Origin: an uncultured Nitrospiraceae bacterium
GTDB taxonomy: Bacteria > Nitrospirota > Thermodesulfovibrionia > Thermodesulfovibrionales > SM23-35
Length of the DNA stretch: 64,000 nucleotides
Direction of reading: 5' to 3'
Assembly: GCA_963727775.1 (NCBI GenBank)
Contig: CAVSHB010000003.1
Coordinates: 512,001 to 576,000, forward strand
Shown here: positions 11,817 to 22,266 of the stretch, piece after piece
Layout: every line of letters starts with the position of its first letter
Numbering within the stretch: the stretch's first letter is position 1
Position numbers and translations under genes: made by a program
The notes under the pieces: generated by a model
The model's database searches: none
What the model was told of the DNA's origin: nothing
The model's input: the letters and a program-made list of their open reading frames with translations, nothing else

Positions 11817-13352
11817 ATGCTATCGAAAGCCCTCAGCGCAAGTATCATAGGTATTGAAGCTCATCCTGTCGATGTTGAAGTGGACATAACTTCCAGGGGC
11901 CTTCCCCATTTCTCAATGGTAGGGCTGCCTGACGCAGCTGTCAAAGAGTCCAGAGACAGGGTCAGGGCGGCCCTCAAGAATATTGGTTTTCACTTCCCAT
12001 TGAAACAAATTACAGTCAATCTCGCGCCGGGTGACCTGAAGAAAGAGGGCTCTTCCTTTGATCTCCCGATCGCAATCGGAATCGTAGCGGCTGAGGGAGT
12101 GATAGAAGCGGAGCTGATTGACGGATATTTATTCACTGGAGAGCTTTCTTTGGACGGGGGGATAAAGAATATAAGGGGCGCTCTGTCGATGGCGATGAAA
12201 ACGAGAGAGTTGGGGTTAAAGGGGATTATTCTTCCGGAGGAGAACGCGCCTGAGGCCGCTGTAGTCAAAGGAGTGGCCGTCTTTGGCTTGAAGAGTCTTC
12301 CAGAGGTAATAGATTTTTTGAAAGAGCCGAAACTCTTTAAACCTTTTGATATAGATGTCCATAATGCAATGAAAGAAAACTCCATTTATGAGGACGACTT
12401 TGTTGATGTCAAAGGCCAGGAGCACGCAAAGAGAGCCTTTGAGGTTGCAGCTGCCGGGGGGCACAACATACTGATGATCGGCCCTCCCGGGTCCGGTAAA
12501 ACTATGCTTGCCAGAAGGCTTCCGACAGTCCTTCCGGGGATGACCTTTGACGAGGCATTAGAGACAACAAGGATACACAGCGTTGCCGGGTTGCTCAAAT
12601 ACGGCCAATCTTTGCTTGCAGTGAGGGCTTTCCGCTGCCCGCATCATACAATCTCGGACGTGGCGCTCATAGGGGGAGGCCAGTTTCCGAAGCCCGGAGA
12701 GGTCAGTCTTGCTCATAACGGGGTCCTTTTCTTAGACGAGCTGCCGGAATTCAAGAGAAACGTCCTCGAGGTCTTAAGGCAGCCGCTCGAAAACGGTGAG
12801 GTGACAGTGTCGAGGGCAATCGCATCGATAACTTATCCCGCATCGTTCATGCTTGTGAGCGCTATGAACCCCTGTCCATGCGGATATTTTGGGGACATCC
12901 GCCATCAGTGCACGTGCAGCCCGGGACAAATACATCGGTACAGGCATAGGGTTTCAGGTCCGTTACTCGATAGAATTGATATTCATATAGAAGTGCCGTC
13001 GGTGCCGTATAAGGAATTATCGAATGAATACTCAGGCGAAAAATCAGAGGACATAAGGCAAAGAGTAGTCGCTGCGCGGGATATCCAGCTTGAACGTTTC
13101 AAGAATGACAGACGGGTCTATTCGAACGGGCAGATGAAGCCGAGGCATCTCAAGAAGTACTGTAATCCCAGCCCGGATGCACAAGCACTCCTGGACACGG
13201 CAATGCAAAAACTGGGACTTTCGGCCAGGGCCTATACGAGGATATTGAAATTGTCCAGAACTATCGCAGACCTCGAAGCCTCTGAAGATATCCTACCTCA
13301 CCATGTCTCTGAAGCAATACAGTACAGGACACTCGACAGAGGGGTGTTTTAA
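11817..13352 (+). CDS. comM: YifB/ComM Mg-chelatase-like AAA+ ATPase
   Basis: VGLPDAAVKESRDRV, GPPGSGKT, LFLDELPEF, MNPCPCG. Confidence 0.93.
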   Translation: MLSKALSASIIGIEAHPVDVEVDITSRGLPHFSMVGLPDAAVKESRDRVRAALKNIGFHFPLKQITVNLAPGDLKKEGSSFDLPIAIGIVAAEGVIEAELIDGYLFTGELSLDGGIKNIRGALSMAMKTRELGLKGIILPEENAPEAAVVKGVAVFGLKSLPEVIDFLKEPKLFKPFDIDVHNAMKENSIYEDDFVDVKGQEHAKRAFEVAAAGGHNILMIGPPGSGKTMLARRLPTVLPGMTFDEALETTRIHSVAGLLKYGQSLLAVRAFRCPHHTISDVALIGGGQFPKPGEVSLAHNGVLFLDELPEFKRNVLEVLRQPLENGEVTVSRAIASITYPASFMLVSAMNPCPCGYFGDIRHQCTCSPGQIHRYRHRVSGPLLDRIDIHIEVPSVPYKELSNEYSGEKSEDIRQRVVAARDIQLERFKNDRRVYSNGQMKPRHLKKYCNPSPDAQALLDTAMQKLGLSARAYTRILKLSRTIADLEASEDILPHHVSEAIQYRTLDRGVF

Positions 13353-13475
13353 TAATACATTCAAGACCCTTTCCAGGCGGCTTAGATTTTTTCTGTGCTC
13401 AATATTGACATTCAGTATAGACTTGCGCAGTTTCTTAAGTTCTTCGCGGGACAAAGGCTTTGATATATCGTTCAT
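13353..13475 (-). pseudogene. N-terminal remnant resembling DUF1003 membrane proteins
   Basis: LSREELKKLRKSILNVNIEHRKNLSRLER then runs into comM antisense. Confidence 0.4.
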
Positions 13476-13486
13476 ATCTTTTCAGA

Positions 13487-13737
13487 TTATTTTTTTAATC
13501 TCTTGGAAATATAAACGCGCAACGGGCATTGGCAGAAATATAATTTTCCAAAGAAGATTGAGAACTTGCAATCTAATGAATGCATTCCAAGCACACAAGA
13601 AAAGAGTCTAATCCGATATTCTTGGCCTTGCAAATATCTGTCAATCCGGATGTATAACATATACACCCCTTCGGGCATCTGAGTCCATCGATGATATCTT
13701 CTATCTTTTCTTGAACTTCTTTTTGCAAATGTATCAT
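13487..13737 (-). pseudogene. small Cys-rich hypothetical protein, frameshifted
   Basis: MIHLQKEVQEKIEDIIDGLRCPKGCICY...CKAK.IGLDSFLVCLE in one frame continues as DCKFSIFFGKLYFCQCPLRVYISKRLKK in another. Confidence 0.55.
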
Positions 13738-13857
13738 GTAAGCCGCAAGCGAACTCGAATATTTAAATTAACTACTATAATTATAATATATTTTGAATAT
13801 ATTGTTAATAAAAATATTTTTGGCTATGTTCTTTCCGTGCCTTGACAAACACCTTAA

Positions 13858-15478
13858 CCCAAAAAATGCAGTTGACCTAAAATAATATCCCCAAAGAAAT
13901 TCTCCTTTCGTATTAGAATCAATAGGTTTGACCGACCATCAACTCTAAACGAAAGGAGAATAGAAATATGCAGTCAAAATGTAGCACAAACATTGAAATA
14001 AATAAAGTGAGGATTGGATTTACGGAGAAGAAGCTGACTGCATATGGGGGCTTCAGTTTATTGGCGGCATTCTTTGAAAAGGTCAAATTGAGAGGGATAT
14101 TGCAAGAGGTGATTCCGGTCCATGAGAGTTTGCCCAATGGAATGGGGATATACAGCAAGGTATTGGCGTACATACTTCTGATCTATGCGGGAGGCAGCAG
14201 GTTTTCTCATCTGCTTTATCTTGGCTGGCAGGAGATTTTCACTGATCTTTTTGCAGTGAAGAGGCTTCCTCTAGCCTCGACGACATTGGGCAGGCTTTTC
14301 AGGAAGATCAGGAAACTGAAGGATGTGGAAGAGATGTCGGAGGGGTTATGGGGATACTTGAAGAAATTGATTCCCTGGGAGGAGCTCAAAGAGGACTGGT
14401 TGACGTTTGATTCTACAGTCCTTGAGAGATACGGCAAACAGGAGGGGGCAAAGAGGGGATATAACCCGAAGAAGAAGGGCCGTGGTAGCCACAGCCCGCT
14501 TCTGGCATTTCTGAACAAGAGCAAATATGTGGTGCATCTGTGGAATCGTCCGGGCAATGTGATGTCATGGAATAATATCATTGGATTTTTCGAGTCCACA
14601 TGGCAGAGGATCAGCGAGCATATTGATATTAAGGGTGTTATTGCGGACAGCGGATTTTATCTCAGGGAATTTATCGAGCTTTTGGAGCGGAGAAAATTAA
14701 TCTATATCATAGCCGCTCGTCTGTACCATCCTTTGCAGAGAATGGTTTATGCACAACAAAATTGGCAGCAGATAGAGGATGGAATATGGATCACGGAGTT
14801 TCTTTTTCAGCATGCGGATTGGATAACCGACAGGAGATTCATTGCAGTTCGGCAGGATATAAAGAAGAGACCGCACGCGATGGGAAAGGAGCTGTCTCTC
14901 TTTGGAGATGAGTTTGATACAGGTAACTATCGTTATAGCGTATGGATAACCAATTCGCATGATCCTGCATATGAGGTATGGAAGCAGTGCAGGCCGAGGG
15001 CAAACGATGAAAACACTATCAAGGAACTGAAAGAGGATTTTGCGCTTGGTGGGTTCTCGATGAAGTATTTCTATTCAACAGAGGCGGCGATGCTTATCCG
15101 GGTATTCATCTACAATCTGTTTGTCCTGTTTCGACATCAGATACTGGGGCAGCAAGAAAAGATAGAACGCTTGAAGACCTTGCGGTATAAGTATTTTGTA
15201 CTCCCCGCTCATTTGGGATGGGATGGCAGGAAGCCTGTATTGCGAATATCCGTCTTTACGCAGAAAGTACGATCAAAACTGTTATACCTCTTTAACCGCA
15301 TAGGACAATACTTTCCGCCCGGTATCGGTATTTGCACTGCAGTTGGAAGATGACAATAAAATTCAAAAGGAGATGTGCCAAGAAACAGTGCAAAGATTAG
15401 CTTTGCTAACGCTAATTCCGATAATGCCTTGATGGGCTTGTATCTACAGGTATGTCTTTTCTATCTGCACTTTTCGGG
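13858..15478 (+). mobile_element. IS1380-family insertion sequence
   Basis: 14-bp imperfect terminal IRs (CCCAAAAAATGCAG / CTGCACTTTTCGGG, 12/14) flanked by TTAA duplication at 13854-13857 and 15479-15482. Confidence 0.88.
13968..15353 (+). CDS. IS1380-family DDE transposase
   Basis: LTAYGG, FDST, ADSGF, R...EN.IKELK. Confidence 0.9.
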   Translation: MQSKCSTNIEINKVRIGFTEKKLTAYGGFSLLAAFFEKVKLRGILQEVIPVHESLPNGMGIYSKVLAYILLIYAGGSRFSHLLYLGWQEIFTDLFAVKRLPLASTTLGRLFRKIRKLKDVEEMSEGLWGYLKKLIPWEELKEDWLTFDSTVLERYGKQEGAKRGYNPKKKGRGSHSPLLAFLNKSKYVVHLWNRPGNVMSWNNIIGFFESTWQRISEHIDIKGVIADSGFYLREFIELLERRKLIYIIAARLYHPLQRMVYAQQNWQQIEDGIWITEFLFQHADWITDRRFIAVRQDIKKRPHAMGKELSLFGDEFDTGNYRYSVWITNSHDPAYEVWKQCRPRANDENTIKELKEDFALGGFSMKYFYSTEAAMLIRVFIYNLFVLFRHQILGQQEKIERLKTLRYKYFVLPAHLGWDGRKPVLRISVFTQKVRSKLLYLFNRIGQYFPPGIGICTAVGR

Positions 15479-15501
15479 TTAAATGGGAGTATAAATAAAT
15501 T

Positions 15502-15665
15502 AAGAAGAGCGAGCTTACCAAAAGTGGTGGTCTTGCTACTCTCGAACTCAGCGAGAAGGTTGTAAAGTCGTTAGGACGTAAGTTGTAGACGTAAAAGTCT
15601 TAAGCTGTATGTCTCAGGATGCACAATCTGCTGAGAGATGAGAGTAAGCAAGTACCACTTTTTTT
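15502..15665 (+). ncRNA. putative structured small RNA of unknown family
   Basis: Long-range pairing AAAAGTGGT/ACCACTTTT, CTTGC/GCAAG, TACTCTC/GAGAGTA, CTCAGC/GCTGAG; upstream -10 TATAAA; ends in T-run. Confidence 0.55.
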
Positions 15666-15745
15666 ATTCAGTGCAGGCTACTCCCATATCAAAAACAAAA
15701 AACTCACGCTGCGAGAGTTGCAAACTGTTACAAACCTGAACCCGA

Positions 15746-17707
15746 CTAAAACAAGACACTGCTCTGGAAAAGCTTGTCTATCAGATTCTTATGATAGGAG
15801 GGAGTGAATATTCCTTTTTGCTCCATCGCCTTATAGTATTCATCAACAGAAATACCCCTCTCGAATTCTTTCAGGGTTAACTCGTAGGTTTAATATGGCA
15901 TAGCGAGAATTTCTGTGGAAAGGAATATGTAGACGGTTTTTTCGGGTTTGAGGCTGCCGACTCCTTCCTTATCTATCCTCTTAAGAAAATTGCCGAGATC
16001 AAGATAATCATGATCGTAAACTGAGATGAGATCGTGATTTAATTTCTGCTTTCCTGCATCAGAGAAGCTTCCCGGACCATATGATTTTCGCAGGACCTGG
16101 ATTTTCCTGATACAGAGATCTGTCAGGTCCTCGATGAACGGGATTTTTTCTGTAAGAGATTTATTGATTATTGTTCTTTTGATAGTATCGAGCAAGTCCT
16201 TATGATCCATGGATTTGAAGAGATGAACACCTTTCATTATATAGATAGAAATAATCTCTTCTAAAATATCTATTGTCAGCACATCAAGACATTTGAACAT
16301 AATATGAAATATCTCATGGAAGTATTTCTCAAGATCCTTTAAGACAAAGATCAGCGATTCGCATTTCAGGATCTCAGTTCCGGAGAGACTCCGGGGCATA
16401 TAGACGCAAAGATTGTCAACGGGGAACCCAAGTTCATTAATGTTTCTCATGGATTTTATAAGGGTATCGAAATTTTTACGGTCCTCAATATAATCCTCCC
16501 AGTAGCGGCTTGCGATATCGGTGGAGAGATGATCATAGAAAATATTTACGTTTGCAAAATTCTCACGGAACAGATCGTGTTTCAACCGGAAAATACCCGC
16601 GATCTCCTTCTTCATCTCCTGATAGGTAACTGCCGTCTCATGATACCGGCTGAAAAAGACAGAGATGTTGACACCGTCTCCGAGATGTTTGTTGACAAGT
16701 CTGATGTTCTTCTTCATCTCTTTAATGGAATAATAGACGCTTCCGTTCTTTATGCTTTTTCTTCCCTCATCATCAATGACCTCGGGCGACACTTCGAAAA
16801 CAGGCTTCATATCTCCCAATGAGACAAACAGTTCTTCATATAAATCCAGGAATTCTCCGTCAAGGAGTTCCCATGCGCCATAATTCAAATGGAATGTTTT
16901 TATCAAAGATTGTTCTTCTTTCATAGCATTGAAAAGCGTCTTTATATAGTCCTTGTCATTCTCATAGCACAGATAAATCCTTCTCGTAAAATCCTTAAGG
17001 CGCTTCAGGTCTGCAACAACAGCATCGACGGATCTGTTCACCGGGGTACCCCTCGCACTGTGCGACCTGAAAGCTGTACAGCTACCGCCGCAATAACGGC
17101 AGCTATGAGCGCATCCCCTGCCGATGAATATGGGGACCCCAAGTTTCTTATCTATTGCATCAAGATATAATTGATGGTCGTAAAGATAAGTTAATTCACT
17201 GAAAGAAATGTCAGAGAGAGTTTCCTGATCAATAAAATAATTCACCTCATTGGATCGGATACCGGATGCACTTCTATAAATCAAATTCGGAACATCAGGA
17301 GGTTCTACGCCCTTCAATAAAAGTTCAATTGGCTTTTCGGGATCGCCCTTTATAACAAAATCCAGAAACCGGCACTTTTCGAGCAGGTTCTCGCCAAAGT
17401 ATCCGGCTGTGAATCCTCCGCTTAAGATTTTAATATCTTTATTGAAAGATTCAATCTGTTCACCAACCCGGAGGAAATCTTCTGCAGTCTCCTGCCAGTG
17501 AAGGATGACCCCGACATGTGTCGGTTGAAACAATTCCAGATAATGTTTTAAAATCTCACCTATTTCGGTTTCTTCGTAGACTGCCAGATTCACTATTTTT
17601 GCCGGGATATTTTTTTTGCTCAAGTAGTCACAAAGCCCGAAGCTCCCCATGGGGACATAAAAGAAATGTTCATTTGGACAGTTGATGATGAGAATTCTTG
17701 ATTTCAT
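15746..17707 (-). CDS. B12-binding radical SAM protein, with possible premature TAA at 15890-15892
   Basis: N-terminal cobalamin-binding-like domain, GRGCAHSCRYCGG (CxxxCxxC); frame stays open 47 codons past the TAA. Confidence 0.8.
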
Positions 17708-17902
17708 AAGTCTAATGTTATGAGTTGTTGAACTGGCAATCCTACGCAGTATTATACCACCCGAGGGATACCCCTTAGAACCCTCGACGCAAATTTACTA
17801 CAGTAATAAAAGGTGGAAATTGGAATCATAATTTCTGCTTTGTTTTTCACTAAAAATGTAGCAGTATTAACAAAAAGTTAAACGCATAGAAAGAAGAGAG
17901 AA

Positions 17903-19237
17903 TTGCAATTACAAATTGATTTACCTGGGATAAAAGTACTTGACGATACTAAATTCAGGAACGGAAAGAAGAACAAACTACACCCTAATGACAGCATGTT
18001 TCATGATTGGTATCGTTTTGTTCTTTCTTTTCCCCCCCATTTAGTCCAGCATTACATACACAAATTCAATATCGATAAAAGCAAAGTAATACTGGACCCA
18101 TTCTGCGGGACCGGAACGACCATAGTAGAGTCAAAGCTCAATAGAATACCTGCAATCGGCATTGAAGCAAATCCGTTTGCACATTTTGCAACCTCTGTAA
18201 AGACCGACTGGAGCATTAAGGGAGAAGAACTTGAGGCAATGGCTCATGAGGTTGCATCTGAAGCAGTAGAGGAACTCAAGTGCGAAGGCATTCATGAAGC
18301 TCCTATTCTTGGAGGTAATGTCTCGGAACTCAATCTGAACACGGTTGACACAGACGCACAAAAACTACTCATCACAAACTCCATAAGTCCCCTTCCATTG
18401 CATAAAACACTAAGACTGTTGAACATTCTTAAACGATACAAAGATCATCCATGCTTTAACCATGCGCTATTAGCGCTGGCAAATGCGCTGGTTTTTAAAA
18501 TAAGCAACCTCAAATTTGGGCCGGAGGTTGGAGTTGGCAAACCGAAATTGGATTATCCGGTTATTAGCTCCTGGTTAGGGGAAATCGCTAAAATCGCGAG
18601 AGACGTTGCCTCGATCGAAGGAAACGCGTACTCGCCATGCAGAGCAATTTTGGGTGATTCTCGCCAAATCAGCAAATTGCTTGACCATAACAGTGTTGAT
18701 GTTGTGATAACATCTCCGCCCTATCCAAATGAAAAGGACTATACCAGAACAACGAGGCTGGAATCAGTCATATTAGGATTCATAAATAATTTGGAGGAGC
18801 TGAGAAAATTCAAAAAGACCCTAATTCGTTCAAATACCCGTGGAATCTATAAAGACGATGAAGATGATAAATGGGGTGAAAACAACGAAAGCGTTTTAAG
18901 GCTCGCTGAAATGATCGAAAGAAAAAGAATTCAACTGGAAAAAACTTCCGGTTTCGAGAAACTCTACAGTCGGGTTACTGTTCAGTATTTCGGGGGAATG
19001 GCTAAACATTTTGCCGATCTGCGCCATGTCTTAAAGAAGGGTGCGCTTTTGGCTTACGTTGTAGGCGATCGGGCTTCTTATTTTAAGGTAATGATTCGCA
19101 CCGGTAAACTGTTAGCAGAGATCGCTCAATCGTTGGGATATGAGTTGGCAGAAATCGAGTTGTTCCGCACGAGATTTGCTACTGCAACCTCATCTCAATT
19201 GAGAGAAGAGGTTGTTATCCTGCGTTGGCCTGGATAG
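17903..19237 (+). CDS. DNA methyltransferase, probably N4-cytosine
   Basis: DPFCGTGTT (motif I) precedes TSPPY (motif IV). Confidence 0.88.
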   Translation: MQLQIDLPGIKVLDDTKFRNGKKNKLHPNDSMFHDWYRFVLSFPPHLVQHYIHKFNIDKSKVILDPFCGTGTTIVESKLNRIPAIGIEANPFAHFATSVKTDWSIKGEELEAMAHEVASEAVEELKCEGIHEAPILGGNVSELNLNTVDTDAQKLLITNSISPLPLHKTLRLLNILKRYKDHPCFNHALLALANALVFKISNLKFGPEVGVGKPKLDYPVISSWLGEIAKIARDVASIEGNAYSPCRAILGDSRQISKLLDHNSVDVVITSPPYPNEKDYTRTTRLESVILGFINNLEELRKFKKTLIRSNTRGIYKDDEDDKWGENNESVLRLAEMIERKRIQLEKTSGFEKLYSRVTVQYFGGMAKHFADLRHVLKKGALLAYVVGDRASYFKVMIRTGKLLAEIAQSLGYELAEIELFRTRFATATSSQLREEVVILRWPG

Positions 19238-19246
19238 GGAGGCTGA

Positions 19247-19622
19247 TTGAAGAAGAACCGTGCAGAACCATCTAAGAACAACAGCACCCCAGATCGGCCA
19301 GGTGGAAACAGATGAAATTTATATCGGAATCGATAAGAGAGGAGCACACTACGTTCTCCCGGTTCAAGCTAAAGGCGGAACAGACAAGCTTGGAATTGTG
19401 CAATTTGAACAGGACTTGGCAGTCTGCCTCGCAAAATTTCCGAATCTGATATGTAAGTTAATTGCTGCACAATTCATGCGAGACAACATCATAGCTATTT
19501 TTGAACTGGAAGATTCCGAAGCCGGAATCGTCATAGTCTCAGAGAAGCACTATAGGCTTGTGCCGCCCGAGGAACTTTCCCCTGAAGATTTAAAGAAATA
19601 CAGTCTGCGTTCTGCTGATTAA
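19247..19622 (+). pseudogene. cognate restriction endonuclease with internal deletion
   Basis: GGAGG + TTG start MKKNR joined out of frame to QNHLRTT...ETDEIY...PVQAKGG nuclease-like C-terminal half. Confidence 0.6.
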
Positions 19623-19644
19623 GTTCGGTAATACAGACAAATTA

Positions 19645-19825
19645 ATGGTAAAAAAAAATGATTCAATTCTCGACCTGTTGGCCCTCTTTCCGTGGTGGGT
19701 TAGTGTTGCGTTATCTGGCAGTTCATATCTGATTCTGGAATACTTCATTCCCACAATTGAGTTTCAGCAAAAAGGGCCAGAAGACATGACATATATGCTT
19801 TTCAAAGGACTGGCTAACGCCGCGC
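19645..19825 (+). pseudogene. N-terminal membrane segment of an Mrr-like protein, truncated
   Basis: DLLALFPWWVSVAL pattern; ORF then runs into antisense hicA remnant. Confidence 0.4.
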
Positions 19826-20028
19826 TTAAGGTCGATCAGCATTTTTTAAAATGCTTTTCAAGACTTTTGGATGAAGGATATCTCCGGAATGGTAGGGTAC
19901 CGTTACTCTCCTCCCAGATTTATTTTTATAAATTTTGGAGCTTTCACTTTGACGGCTAAGAAAGAACCCGGCTTTTTCTAAAGCCCTTATAATATCTGTG
20001 GGAGTTATTCGCGGGGCTTTTCACTCAT
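19826..20028 (-). pseudogene. hicA: HicA toxin pseudogene
   Basis: Close paralog of 23848-24075 with a 1-nt deletion at codon 5 and GSH changed to ESS. Confidence 0.85.
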
Positions 20029-20249
20029 ACCGCAACTTCTAAGGAAGTTAGGCTCACTGATTCGGCTTGCGGTATTTCTTCACCGGATGCAATCCGATCT
20101 TCGATATGAAGACGTATAGCATCCCTGACGTTTTTTAAAACCTCTTCATAGGTATCACCCTGGGTATAACAGCCTTGAAGTTCAGGGCAAAAGGCAAAAT
20201 ATCCTTCTTCCTTTTTTTCTATCACTACCGAGAATCTATATCCAGCCAT
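20025..20249 (-). CDS. hicB: HicB-family antitoxin (short)
   Basis: CPELQGCYTQGDTYEE; 72/74 aa identical to 24072-24296. Confidence 0.9.
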   Translation of the reverse strand: MAGYRFSVVIEKKEEGYFAFCPELQGCYTQGDTYEEVLKNVRDAIRLHIEDRIASGEEIPQAESVSLTSLEVAV

Positions 20250-20376
20250 ATTACAAACCTCTACAAATATCTATATTTATTCTATAGAAAACCGAGCATA
20301 AAAAGAAGCAACTCAAAAAATCGCTTGAGACATCTGTATAGACACTTGGTTAAAATCGTTCACTGAAGAATCCTGC

Positions 20377-20438
20377 AAGTCCTTGAAAAATATGGTACCC
20401 CCTGCAGGAATTGAACCTGCGACACCAGGTTTAGGAAA
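20377..20438. repeat. att site: 62-bp direct repeat of 25983-26044, including the 3' 46 nt of tRNA-Arg
   Basis: AAGTCCTTGAAAAATATGGTACC...TTAGGAAA identical at both positions. Confidence 0.95.
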
Positions 20439-20574
20439 TTCATCACGTAGAAATCAGTCTAATCCTTCCAAAAAGTCAAAGTAATTAACCGGTTGTAATT
20501 AAAAGAAAATCTCAATAGGGTTTGTTGATCCCTGTTGACGCATATCCGTGGAAATCAGCAGAAATTGATCTTCT

Positions 20575-20595
20575 ATGGACACCTATATGGACACC
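20575..20595 (+). repeat. tandem ATGGACACC repeats, putative integrase arm sites (also 25932-25952)
   Basis: ATGGACACC-N3-ATGGACACC near both element ends; degenerate copy near 20327-20347. Confidence 0.6.
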
Positions 20596-20960
20596 CGATT
20601 GGTTAATGAAAAAATAGGACATGTTGCATGGAACAAATGCTATTGAGCCAAAGGAGCAGCCGGAAAGGGCAGTTTGCGAAGCTCTGCCCTCCGGCTGCCC
20701 TTTGCGTAGACCAGTTGAGCAATGTGAAGAACAAAAAAGAATTACACCATTAGAAGCAAAACCCGTTTGTTGGACTGATGCAAGGAAAGATTCACAAACA
20801 GTTATCGGCGCTGATGCAAGACCCAGGAAGCATGTTAGAAACAGAGAGGGATTAAAGTCACAAGCGCCGTGGTTACCAGGGAACAGATACTTTAAAGAGA
20901 AAAGTTTCTCTATAGCCCGATTGATTGGATACGAAAGTGCTTATAGACGGTGCCTTTTTA

Positions 20961-20990
20961 TTCGTACAGTGCTATGTAACACTGTACGAA
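20961..20990 (+). other. hairpin upstream of rep, candidate double-strand origin
   Basis: TTCGTACAGTG-ctatgtaa-CACTGTACGAA, 11-bp perfect stem 24 nt before rep ATG. Confidence 0.5.
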
Positions 20991-21014
20991 AGTCCCATAT
21001 ACGGGAATTTTCCC

Positions 21015-22196
21015 ATGTTTGATACCTTGGGTTTTTACATTCGCATAACCGAGGCTGATTACAAGAAATTGCTCCGTCAAGGCACTATGACGGCACGTCA
21101 AAACATGAAAACAGATTTTTTGGAATTTTGCTATACGAACTTTAAAACATCTCACTCGTACGATTATCAAGTCCAGTGGCGCATTGATAACAAACATTAT
21201 GAAACGTCTGATAAGGGCAAGGGTTGCATACAAGTAACTGGAGAGCCTTATTTAAGGCTTGAATTCTCAGCGCCAAAGATTTTACTTGGACATAACGTTG
21301 ATTCTATAGATCAGGAATCAATGCTTGAAGCTTGTTTAATGGTCCAGAATATGTTTGAAGCAATGACCGGCGTTATTCTGCCAAGGCCCGGTGAATGGTT
21401 CCTATATCGAATGGATATCTGTGCTAACTATATTTTTAATTCTCTGTCTGAGGTTCCTGCCTATATTCGATATCTTCAGCGTCTTGATTATCCCCGTAGG
21501 CTTCCGTCACTTTACAAAGATAAGGGTTTGTATTTTGCATCGAGGCATAACACCTTAAAGATTTATGCAAAAGGGCCTGAGTTCAAGGCTCACGATTTGT
21601 GCCGCTTCTCTCAAAATAAAAATACCACTGACAATGCTTTGTCTCTTGACGGTAAGCTCCTGCAGAGAAGAGCAAACAATATTTTAAGGTTTGAGGTAGA
21701 ATTAAAAAACCGATTGCGCTATTTGATAGCACAATGGGAATTTAAACATGAAACGCTTATACTAAAATTCAAGCATTGGCCTCAATTTTGCGATGCACTG
21801 GAAATAATTGACGGGTGCAAGGAAATGGAGATGGTTATGAAAAAGTTTTTGATAGGCGAAGAAACAAAGGTTATGAGGTCGGATGACGTAATGCAAAAAC
21901 TGGAATCTATTTACGGTAGGCGTGCGGCGCGGAGTTATTTTGCTACTTATGTGCAGTTGGTTACTTTGGGGCAAGCTGAAGTAAAGAGACGGGTTCCTAA
22001 GACGACATATTACAATGCGTGCAAGGCGTTTAGAGATTGTAATATCTCAATTATTGTATCGGATGTAAAGATCGATGAAAACTTTAAGGAATCTACGGAG
22101 TCTGGTTTATTCGGTAGGGGTTTTCCTTCTGACTTTTCGTTAGAGATGTCGTCGAAGAATAAGTATTATCAGATACCGTTAAATGTAGCGGCTTAA
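21015..22196 (+). CDS. phage/plasmid replication initiation protein, gene II/X-like (rolling circle)
   Basis: MFDTL start, EFS.PK.L.GHN, R.D.C.N, LKIY.KG.E, LRFEVE. Confidence 0.82.
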   Translation: MFDTLGFYIRITEADYKKLLRQGTMTARQNMKTDFLEFCYTNFKTSHSYDYQVQWRIDNKHYETSDKGKGCIQVTGEPYLRLEFSAPKILLGHNVDSIDQESMLEACLMVQNMFEAMTGVILPRPGEWFLYRMDICANYIFNSLSEVPAYIRYLQRLDYPRRLPSLYKDKGLYFASRHNTLKIYAKGPEFKAHDLCRFSQNKNTTDNALSLDGKLLQRRANNILRFEVELKNRLRYLIAQWEFKHETLILKFKHWPQFCDALEIIDGCKEMEMVMKKFLIGEETKVMRSDDVMQKLESIYGRRAARSYFATYVQLVTLGQAEVKRRVPKTTYYNACKAFRDCNISIIVSDVKIDENFKESTESGLFGRGFPSDFSLEMSSKNKYYQIPLNVAA

Positions 22197-22266
22197 AGGA
22201 ACGGCGTTAGAGATATTTGTCGAGTTCACCTCCTATGGAACGATTAGTTTGGCTGGATATGTTGTT

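Noticed and set aside
15502..15665. Naming the RNA as 6S, SRP, retron msr-msd or c-di-GMP riboswitch
   Set aside because: No diagnostic motif recognised, no reverse transcriptase nearby and no downstream gene on the same strand.
20393..20438. Second tRNA-Arg gene
   Set aside because: Only the 3' 46 nt are present; it is the att duplication.
20621..21022. 133-aa ORF upstream of rep
   Set aside because: No recognisable motifs; overlaps hairpin-rich origin-like DNA.
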